Positions 56,377 to 64,000 of a stretch of DNA of 64,000 nt are shown here, in pieces. A program made the position numbers and the translations under genes. Source of the stretch: an uncultured Planctomycetales bacterium (GTDB lineage: Bacteria; Planctomycetota; UBA1135); NCBI GenBank assembly GCA_964637165.1, contig CAZWVI010000002.1, positions 119,470 through 183,469 on the forward strand, given 5' to 3'. Every line of letters begins with the position of its first letter. Positions within the stretch are counted from its first letter, which is position 1. The notes beneath the pieces were generated by a model, which did no database searches, had not been told where the DNA came from, and saw nothing but the letters and a program-made list of their open reading frames with translations.

Positions 56377-58197
56377 ATGTTTGCCAGCCTCCTCCTAGCC
56401 GCTGCACCACTTTTGCAGGGAGAAGTCGTCGCCACCGCGCGCTTCGTTCCAGATTCAGCCCCTGCCGGCGCCCCGGTTGAACTTCACGTGATGCTGGATA
56501 TTGCACCCGGCTTCCACGTTTACCACCCGGATCAAAACCCTATGGACGGGATTCCGGTTTCGGTCAATGTTCCGACTGGATTTTCCGCAAACGGAGAGCT
56601 TAAGTCATTATCTGCTCCTGACTTACATGAGGACATATTTGGTAGCACCACGGTTGCATACCTGTGGCTGACCGGCAAGGCAGAATTGGTTTTGCCACTA
56701 ATAAAGGATTCTGGGAACCTCGGGGCTCATGACGTAGCGGTCGAGGTCGGCGTGCAGGTTTGCGATGACAGCCTGTGTTTTCCGCCATCGACGGTAAAGA
56801 CCAAGGCAACTTTTGAGGGTGAGGATGGCGAATTTGTAGCATCAGGAAGTACCGAAATAACTGTAGAGTTTCCGTCTTCAGTTGAATCAGTGCAAAGCGG
56901 CGAAAGCAAAGAGGACCCCAGTTTGTGGGCCTTTTTACTTCTGGCAATTGGTGGTGGATTATTCGCACTGATGATGCCCTGCACTTATCCGATGATCCCA
57001 ATTACGATCAGCTTCTTTACCAAGCAAGCTGATGCGCGCGGTGGCAACGTTATGCCTCTAAGTTTGGCGTACGGCGGCGGCATCGTTGCAATCTTTGTTT
57101 TGATTGGCGTGATGATTGGACCGTTGGTGTTGGCTTTTGCAACGCACGCGGTAACTAACTTGGTAATCGGTGCAATGTTCTTGGTGTTCGCCTTGGCATT
57201 GTTTGGAGTTATTACTCTGAATCCACCGCAAGCTTTGATGGGCGCCGCAGGTAAGGCCTCGGCAACGGGTGGATACTTAGGTGTGTTCTTAATGGGTGCC
57301 ACCTTGGTCATCACTTCCTTCACCTGCACCGCACCATTCGTTGGTAGCTTGTTGTCCTTTGGAGCAAGTAGTGGGAGTATGTTGCGAGTCGCGTTAGGAA
57401 TGGGAGTGTTCGGCTTAACCATGGCCATCCCTTTTGTGTTTTTATCTTTGGTCCCAGGCAAAATAAAACAAATGCCACAATCGGGCCAATGGATGGACAC
57501 CATTAAGGTAACTTTAGGATTTGTTGAACTGGCGGCCGCGTTGAAGTTCATTTCTAATGCCGACATCGTTTGGGGTCTTGAGTTGTTGTCGCGCGAAACT
57601 TTCCTCGCTGCATGGACAATTATCATGTTGGCCGCAGCCTTGTACTTGTTCGGAGTACTACGCAAAGGTCCTAAGCCCAAAGTCGGCGCCAAGCGCGCAT
57701 TCACCGGTTTGTGTTTTGTAGCGTTCTCCGCCTATTGCGCATGGGGCTGGAACGGCGCTCAGATGGACACGGTTATGACTGCCATTATTCCTAACTATCA
57801 CAGTAGTGGCGAGCATAAAGCCGCCCACGCGGTGGTTATTGATGATTTGGAGGCCGCTAAAACTCAAGCTGTCGAATCCGGAAAATTAGTCTTGGTGAAT
57901 TTCACCGGCCACACCTGAGTGAATTGTCGCGCGATGGAAGAGAATATCTTCCCGCAACCGGCGGTCGCCGGAATCTTAGATGGCATGGTTGAAGCGCGTT
58001 TACATTACGACAGTAATGACGATGCTGTGAAGACTGAAGTTAAGCGCTTGCAGGATGAAATGGTGCAGAGTTTCGCCACACCAATTTACTTGGTGCTTGA
58101 CCCAACAAGCGGCGAAGTTTTAGCGCGCCGCGATGGTGCGTTAATGGACGAGACCAAGTTTGCGAATTGGTTGTCGAGCGCGCTTACCGATAAGTAG
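56377..58197 (+). CDS. dsbD: Three-domain thiol:disulfide interchange protein DsbD; putative selenoprotein (in-frame TGA 57916-57918 read as Sec in UxxC)
   Basis: Signal peptide; alpha-domain CDDSLC; TM domain PCTYP and FTCTAP. The two ORF-track pieces are contiguous in one frame, giving NFTGHT-U-VNCRAMEE (606 aa in total). Confidence 0.88.
57931..57955 (+). promoter_or_regulatory. Putative bacterial SECIS element
   Basis: GCG-AU bulge-GGAAGA-GAAUA loop-UCUUCC-CGC; the loop starts with G, 24 nt after the UGA. Confidence 0.7.
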
Positions 58198-58973
58198 TGT
58201 TTCAAAAACTGCGCTGTGTGCCTGGTGATGGCTTGGGAAATACTTTCTTAATCGTCATGCAGGCCGACTTGGAGCGCATCGGTAGCGACATGCCGGCGCT
58301 AGCCGCGCAATTATGCAATGAATGCGATGGCTTGTTGTTGGTCGGTCCAAGTAACAATGACCGCCCGATGAGTTTGCGAATAATCAATCGTGACGGCAGC
58401 GATGGTGGAATTTGTTTTAATGGGCTGCGCGTTGCAGCTTTATGGACCCATCAAAAAGAAGGTGCTTTCGTTATGGACGGCCATCATGTCGAATGGCAAA
58501 TGTTGTCTGACAATGTAGTTGAGTTGCATTTACAAGCCAACGAACTTTCCGATGAATTAACTTTGCAACACATTCACACTTCGGTTGCTGAGGGAATAAA
58601 AGTTCCGTTTTGGAATCCACATGCGGTCTTTCCGATGGATGAAATTAATGAATTCGATTTGCAATCATTGGCAATCGAAGTGCGGGCTCAAGTTGATCTA
58701 TTTCCAGATGGTGTAAATGTTGAGCTAATAGCACCGGCGGGCGAGCGCGGATTGCAAATGCGCGTTGACGAACGAGGTGTCGGAGAGACCCAAGCGTGCG
58801 GTTCTGGGGCGGTCGCAGTGGCCCTTTTGGCGTGGGCTCAAGCGGCTCCGAGGGAGCTTGCGGTGAGTATGCCAGGCGGGATTATTGTGCTTTCTCCGGC
58901 CTCTGGTGGCGGCATTTTGTTGGCTGCCGAAGCAACTTTGGGCGAAGCTTTTGACGCTCACCTAAGTCTTTAA
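58197..58973 (+). CDS. dapF: Diaminopimelate epimerase-family protein (divergent)
   Basis: GLGNTF, NRDGS...CFNG, NPH, GVNVE, DERGVGETQACGSG; both catalytic Cys present. The GTG start overlaps the dsbD TAG. Confidence 0.7.
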   Translation: MFQKLRCVPGDGLGNTFLIVMQADLERIGSDMPALAAQLCNECDGLLLVGPSNNDRPMSLRIINRDGSDGGICFNGLRVAALWTHQKEGAFVMDGHHVEWQMLSDNVVELHLQANELSDELTLQHIHTSVAEGIKVPFWNPHAVFPMDEINEFDLQSLAIEVRAQVDLFPDGVNVELIAPAGERGLQMRVDERGVGETQACGSGAVAVALLAWAQAAPRELAVSMPGGIIVLSPASGGGILLAAEATLGEAFDAHLSL

Positions 58974-59088
58974 TTTTCAACAACTTAGCTAATCCAGATA
59001 GGGTATTTTAGGCTTCCAAAAGAAGCCCCGCAATGGTGAAATATGGCCACCTGCGCAAGGCCGTACTACCCCTTGCGTTTGCTGCTAA

Positions 59089-61566
59089 ATGAGCGAAAAA
59101 CAATCCCCCTCCGCCGCTCCGATTGGCAATTGCCAAATCGAGCGTGAAATGAGTGAGTCATACCTCACTTATGCACTTTCTGTTATTCATGATCGCGCCC
59201 TTCCAGATGTCCGTGACGGTTTAAAACCATCACAACGACGCATCTTGGTGGCGATGCACGATTTGAATTTGCGCCCCAATGCCAAGTATCGCAAGTGCGC
59301 AAAGATCGCTGGTGACACCAGTGGTAACTATCACCCACACGGTGAATCGGTCATCTATCCAACGCTAGTGCGTATGGCGCAGCCATTTCGTTTGCGCTCA
59401 CCATTAGTTGATGGGCAAGGTAACTTTGGTTCTATTGACGGCGACCCGCCCGCTGCGATGCGTTACACCGAAGCACGTTTGGCCGGACCGGCTGAAGAGA
59501 TGTTGGTTGACATTGCGAAGGACACCGTTGACCGTCGAACTAACTACGACGAAACGCGGCTCGAACCAGTGGTGCTGCCTGGGCGTTTTCCAAACTTGCT
59601 AGTCAATGGTTCGGAAGGAATTGCGGTTGGTATGAGTACTGCATTACCTCCGCATAACCCGACCGAAGTTTTTAATGCAGTTCGGTTGCTGTTGGATAAT
59701 CCTGATTGCAATGCCAGCGACATTATGGAAATCATGCCGGGTCCAGATTTCCCGACTGGCGGAATAATTTGCGGCCGTCAGGGAATCGTTCAAGCCTACA
59801 CTCAAGGTGCTGGCCGCATTACTTTGCGCGCACGAATTCACCACGAAGAGCCAGAGGGTCGTGGTCGTGAAAAGTTAGTTATTACTGAAATTCCTTACGA
59901 ACGTGAGAAGTCGGCAATTATTGAAAAGATTGCTGATGCGGTAAAGGATGAACGTATTGAAGGCATTCACGATATTCGTGACGAGTCTGACCGTACTGGA
60001 ATGCGCGTGGTTATCGAACTGAAAAAAGATGCTGACCACATCGTGGTTGAGAATTTGCTTTACAAGTTCAGTCCACTGCAAACTACTTACAGTATTCGTA
60101 ATACGGTACTAATTGATGGCCGCCCGAAGCAGGTGGGGGTCAAGACCTTGCTCGAGTGCTACCGCGATCACCGCTTCGAAGTAATTCGCCGCCGCACCCA
60201 GTTCTTGCTGGATAAAGCTGAGGCGCGTTTACACATTCTCGAAGGATTGATGATTGCGATTCAGGCCATCGATGAAGTCGTTGAAATAATTAAGACTTCA
60301 AAAGATACCGGTCATGCGCGCGGGCGTTTGGAAGAACGCTTCTCCTTAAGCGAGCGCCAGTCGCAAGCGATTGTTGATATGCGCTTGGGTCGTTTGACTG
60401 GACTTGAAGTTCACAAACTGCAAGAGGAAATCGATAGTCTGCACATCGACATCGCATGGTACATGCGGGTGTTGGCTGAAGATGAATTGGTGGTGAATTA
60501 CATCCGCGAGGACATTGATGAAATGGAGGCCAAGTATGGTCACCCACGTCAAAGTGAAATCGGTGGTTCAATTCAAGATTTCTTAACCGAGGATTTAATC
60601 AATGAAGAAACAGTAGTTGTAACAATTTCTCGTTCAGGTCGAATTAAGCGAACTCCGGCCGACACTTACCGCGCACAAACCCGTGGCGGTCGTGGAATTA
60701 AGGGTGGCAAATCGAAAGATGGCGACACCGTTTCGCAGTTGTTCGTCTGCTCGACTCATGATTACTTGCTAATCGTTACCGACCGCGGGCGTTTGTACTG
60801 GTTGAAGGTTTACCGTTTGCCAGACTTGGACCGCACCGCGCAAGGTCGTTCAATTCGTAACTTGATTGAGGGCATTCAGCCAGACGAGGAAATTCGCAGC
60901 ATCCGCGCGACACGTGATTTCACTGAAGCTGATTACTTAATGTTTGCGACCGCCCAGGGTAAGGTGAAGAAAACTGAACTTAAGGCTTACTCGCGACCAC
61001 GCACCGCTGGAATCATCGCGACCAAACTCGCTGAAGATGACAAGTTAGTCGGTATGCGATTGGTGAGCGATGGCGATGAAGTGATGCTGTGTACTGCCGG
61101 CGGACAAGTCGTGCGCTTTAAGGAAGAACAAGCACGACCAATGGGACGTAACGCGGCTGGTGTTCGCGGCGCTCGCCTAAAAGAGGGCGATCGCGTAGTT
61201 TCAATTGTTTGTGGAACTGAGGAGGAATTGCTGTTGCTCGCTTGTGAAAATGGTTACGGAAAACGCACTCGCATCGGTGAATTTCGTTTAACTAATCGCG
61301 GCTCGCAAGGAGTTGTCGGAATAAAAACTACCGAACGTAATGGTCGCGTAGTAAACGCCCTTAATGCAAGTCGCTGTGACGATGTGTTGTTCATGACCAT
61401 TAGTGGCATGATGGTGCGCACCGTGGCCGAAGAAATCTCACAACAAGGGCGTTCAACGCAAGGAGTGCGCTTGGTGAATTTGAAGGACGATGACAAGTTG
61501 GTGCGCATGGCGCCAGTGGTCCGCGAAGAAGAAAGTGATGACGAATCTGGAGAAAGCGATGAGTGA
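59089..61566 (+). CDS. gyrA: DNA gyrase subunit A
   Basis: [24 protein letters not shown] (catalytic Tyr), GyrA-box QTRGGRG, C-terminal beta-pinwheel. Confidence 0.96.
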   Translation: MSEKQSPSAAPIGNCQIEREMSESYLTYALSVIHDRALPDVRDGLKPSQRRILVAMHDLNLRPNAKYRKCAKIAGDTSGNYHPHGESVIYPTLVRMAQPFRLRSPLVDGQGNFGSIDGDPPAAMRYTEARLAGPAEEMLVDIAKDTVDRRTNYDETRLEPVVLPGRFPNLLVNGSEGIAVGMSTALPPHNPTEVFNAVRLLLDNPDCNASDIMEIMPGPDFPTGGIICGRQGIVQAYTQGAGRITLRARIHHEEPEGRGREKLVITEIPYEREKSAIIEKIADAVKDERIEGIHDIRDESDRTGMRVVIELKKDADHIVVENLLYKFSPLQTTYSIRNTVLIDGRPKQVGVKTLLECYRDHRFEVIRRRTQFLLDKAEARLHILEGLMIAIQAIDEVVEIIKTSKDTGHARGRLEERFSLSERQSQAIVDMRLGRLTGLEVHKLQEEIDSLHIDIAWYMRVLAEDELVVNYIREDIDEMEAKYGHPRQSEIGGSIQDFLTEDLINEETVVVTISRSGRIKRTPADTYRAQTRGGRGIKGGKSKDGDTVSQLFVCSTHDYLLIVTDRGRLYWLKVYRLPDLDRTAQGRSIRNLIEGIQPDEEIRSIRATRDFTEADYLMFATAQGKVKKTELKAYSRPRTAGIIATKLAEDDKLVGMRLVSDGDEVMLCTAGGQVVRFKEEQARPMGRNAAGVRGARLKEGDRVVSIVCGTEEELLLLACENGYGKRTRIGEFRLTNRGSQGVVGIKTTERNGRVVNALNASRCDDVLFMTISGMMVRTVAEEISQQGRSTQGVRLVNLKDDDKLVRMAPVVREEESDDESGESDE

Positions 61567-62041
61567 AACTCTGCAACAAATTAAAGCTGACATTAAGGAC
61601 GCAATGCGCGCCCGTGACAAAGTAAAGCTCGAGTGTTTGCGCGGCTTGGTTAATGAAGCAAAAAATGCTGGAATCGAAAAAGGCAGTGCTAACGATGGTG
61701 CTGGAATTTCCTGTCCATCGGAACGCATGAGCGAAAACGAAGTTGTCAAGCTTTTGCAAAAGGTGCATAAGCGTCGCAAAGAGGCGGCTCAGATGTTTAT
61801 CGATGGGGAGCGTCAGGATTTGGCTGACATTGACTTGGCTGAAGCCAAAGTAATCGAAACCTATTTGCCTAAGGCGATGGAGTCCGCAGAGTTGGAAGCA
61901 TTGCTCAAAGAAGTTATTGCTGAAATTGGTGCTGAAACAATGAAGGACATGGGTGCGGTTATGAAAGCCGCTGGCCCAAAGATTGCTGGCCGCGCCGACG
62001 GCGGCACCGTTTCTGGAGTCGTTCGTAATTTATTGTCATGA
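61559..62041 (+). CDS. GatB/YqeY domain protein
   Basis: [29 protein letters not shown]...[20 protein letters not shown]; start placed at ATG 61559. Confidence 0.9.
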   Translation: MSETLQQIKADIKDAMRARDKVKLECLRGLVNEAKNAGIEKGSANDGAGISCPSERMSENEVVKLLQKVHKRRKEAAQMFIDGERQDLADIDLAEAKVIETYLPKAMESAELEALLKEVIAEIGAETMKDMGAVMKAAGPKIAGRADGGTVSGVVRNLLS

Positions 62042-62679
62042 GCAGAAAGAAAATTATTTTGATGGTGCTGCTTTGGGGCACAATTGTTGGCATGGGTGTT
62101 CATCGCCTAATGCTCGCAGTTGGAGATCGTGCCGGAAAGGAACGAGTTGCGATGGCCGCAAAGGTTGAAGCGCGAGTTGCCACTAAGGAATTGATGACCC
62201 GCCTGAAAACTCAACTTCAGTCGGCAATGAAGCAGGGTGGACCAGCGGCGGCCTTCGAAGTTTGCCAAGCGGTAGCTCAAGATATGACTAATTCGTACGC
62301 AAATGAACTAGGCAAAGGTTTTCATATTGGTCGCACCGGATTGAAATTACGGAATCAAAAAAATGCCCCTAACAACTGGGAGCAGGGTTGGATGGAACGC
62401 GCTGCGCAATTCAGCACCGCCGAACAACCTTTGGCGGTTTATGAAAAAGTAACCACCAACGATGAGTACGATCGCGAGCTGCATTATTTCACACCAATCT
62501 ATATGGCAGATGTTTGCTTGAATTGCCACGGCAACAGCGAACAAATCCCAGCAGGTGTGCAAGACTTGTTAAACAAGCGTTACCCAGATGATCAGGCGAT
62601 TAATTTTGCCGCCGGGGAGTTTCGCGGTATTGTCGGGGTAACGGTAAACCTTGACAACTGGACCCCACCAACAAATTAA
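62038..62679 (+). CDS. Membrane-anchored c-type heme protein, Tll0287/DUF3365-like
   Basis: N-terminal TM, GGPAAAFEVC, R.G..LRN.KNAP..WE, CLNCHG, YPDDQAINF..GEFRG. Confidence 0.82.
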   Translation: MSRKKIILMVLLWGTIVGMGVHRLMLAVGDRAGKERVAMAAKVEARVATKELMTRLKTQLQSAMKQGGPAAAFEVCQAVAQDMTNSYANELGKGFHIGRTGLKLRNQKNAPNNWEQGWMERAAQFSTAEQPLAVYEKVTTNDEYDRELHYFTPIYMADVCLNCHGNSEQIPAGVQDLLNKRYPDDQAINFAAGEFRGIVGVTVNLDNWTPPTN

Positions 62680-64000
62680 AGAACGCAGCGCAGTCCGCGG
62701 TTCTCTAATAACCGCAATCTGGACCTTAGCCTCCAGAATGTTGGGCTTTGTCCGCGATATGCTGATGACCTCCAGCTTCGGAATGGGAGCTGAATTCGGC
62801 GCTTTTGCTTTTGCCTGGGTGATTCCCAACTTATTTCGTCGCTTGTTCGGCGAAGGGGCGGTGGGGGCAGCGATTCAACCGGCCTTGGCTCGCCAAGCTA
62901 AAGAGCATGGGGAAGAATCGGCGCATCGCTTGTTTGCGCGTTTTAGTGGTTGGTTGGCCTTGAGTTTATTTGTCTTGGTGCTAATCGGTGAAGCTGTTTT
63001 ATTTACTCAATTCGATGGTGTTAAAAGCAATAACGAACAAGGTCTCATGGTTTTGTTCACGATTTTATTATTGCCTTATGCAATGTTCATTTGCATGTCG
63101 GCTTTAGCAACTGCTCCGCAACAATTGCATGGCCGCTTCTTCGCGCCAGCTGCCGCTCCGGTAATTCTGAATTTAATTTGGATCTCGTGCTTGGCCTGGG
63201 GTGCCTTCACCACTGCCGATTTGAGCCGGCCAGCTCTACTTGGTTTTTTATGCGTGGCAATTTTGGGTGCCGGAATAATCCAGTGGTTATTTCAATTACC
63301 AGGAGTGCGTAAAAGTTCTTACCCGCTGCGTCCGAGTTTGGCATTCGCCGATGGCTCCGGTCGCCGCGCGGTAAAAGCATTCTTGCCGGCAGTTTTGGGC
63401 TTGGCAGCAGTTCAACTAAACATGGCCGTTGACCAAGGATTGGTTTGGAGTTTGGTTGGACCAGAAGCGAATTCATTTTGTTACATCGCTAATCGCTTGT
63501 TGCAATTGCCCTTGGCCTTAGTCGCCATTTCAATTGCGACGGCGGCGATGCCACTTTTTTCTAACTTGGCAGCGAGCCAAGAATATCAACGAATAAGTCG
63601 CGCTTTGGGTCGAGCCTCTGAAGCATCATTGTTATTGATAACCGCCGCCGGCGCCGGCTTAGCAGTATTGGCGCCGATGGTTTTGACCGTGCTATTCGAT
63701 CATGGTGCGTATCAATCAGCCGATACGCCTTTGTTAAGTTTGACCTTGCGTTGTTATTTGTTGTGTTTGCCGGCAGCTGCATTAGCTGGATTGTTGACCA
63801 GAGTTCGTCAAGCATGTGGCGATTATCGGGGACCAGCACGCGCTGCTTTATGGAGTGTGCCGGTAAACCTAGGCCTCGATGTAATTCTCTTGCCAAAAAT
63901 TGGTGTTCCTGCGGCCGGTATCGCAACGGCTGCAGCCTTAACTGTGCAAGTGGTGATATTGCAAAGTGGCTTATCAAAATTGGGAATAAGCAATCCGATT
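62651..64000 (+). CDS. murJ: Lipid II flippase MurJ (MviN); runs off the right edge
   Basis: Not in the ORF track because no stop lies in the window. Spot translation from TTG 62651 gives SRMLGFVRD, PNLFRRLFGEGA, ANRLLQLPLAL and many TMs. Confidence 0.9.
   Translation, partial: MTTGPHQQIKERSAVRGSLITAIWTLASRMLGFVRDMLMTSSFGMGAEFGAFAFAWVIPNLFRRLFGEGAVGAAIQPALARQAKEHGEESAHRLFARFSGWLALSLFVLVLIGEAVLFTQFDGVKSNNEQGLMVLFTILLLPYAMFICMSALATAPQQLHGRFFAPAAAPVILNLIWISCLAWGAFTTADLSRPALLGFLCVAILGAGIIQWLFQLPGVRKSSYPLRPSLAFADGSGRRAVKAFLPAVLGLAAVQLNMAVDQGLVWSLVGPEANSFCYIANRLLQLPLALVAISIATAAMPLFSNLAASQEYQRISRALGRASEASLLLITAAGAGLAVLAPMVLTVLFDHGAYQSADTPLLSLTLRCYLLCLPAAALAGLLTRVRQACGDYRGPARAALWSVPVNLGLDVILLPKIGVPAAGIATAAALTVQVVILQSGLSKLGISNPI

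Noticed and set aside
682-63977. The many 60-240 aa ORFs in the track that lie antisense or out of frame within assigned genes (e.g. 8280-8810, 22765-23277, 56985-57704, 63561-63977)
   Set aside because: They overlap well-supported genes, largely or fully, and show no motifs of their own; this is expected shadow ORF behaviour.

Overview
64 kb of mostly housekeeping bacterial chromosome, densely coded. I saw no transposases, phage genes, CRISPR array or rRNA. The lineage is probably Planctomycetota; this is inferred from the FG-GAP and carboxypeptidase-regulatory-repeat surface proteins and the style of the secreted proteins, and is not proven. Left to right: pckA (cut by the window edge); an FG-GAP/peptidase-like surface protein; a serine hydrolase; an rpe-eis-addB-addA-accD operon; two decayed secreted-protein genes flanking pgk/gap/tilS; ribBA-ECF sigma-anti-sigma-GspL/M-like genes; a squalene-synthase-like/UbiA/epimerase trio; a sensor-less histidine kinase followed by korAB and an 11-subunit nuo operon lacking nuoEFG; a His/RGM low-complexity secreted protein; an oxidoreductase, a metallopeptidase and ggt; a giant repeat protein between two 32-bp REP-like repeats; mrp; a QueC-GNAT fusion-mazG-tRNA-Asp cluster; thiI; tRNA-Val; a DsbD split by an in-frame TGA; dapF-like; gyrA; yqeY; a c-type heme protein; and murJ (cut by the window edge). 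Best leads: (1) DsbD very probably encodes selenocysteine in a UxxC motif, with a SECIS-like hairpin; (2) the QueC-acetyltransferase fusion next to its pathway's target tRNA; (3) the 2-oxoacid:ferredoxin oxidoreductase-linked complex I with no NADH module, with a catalytically degenerate squalene-synthase-fold gene nearby.
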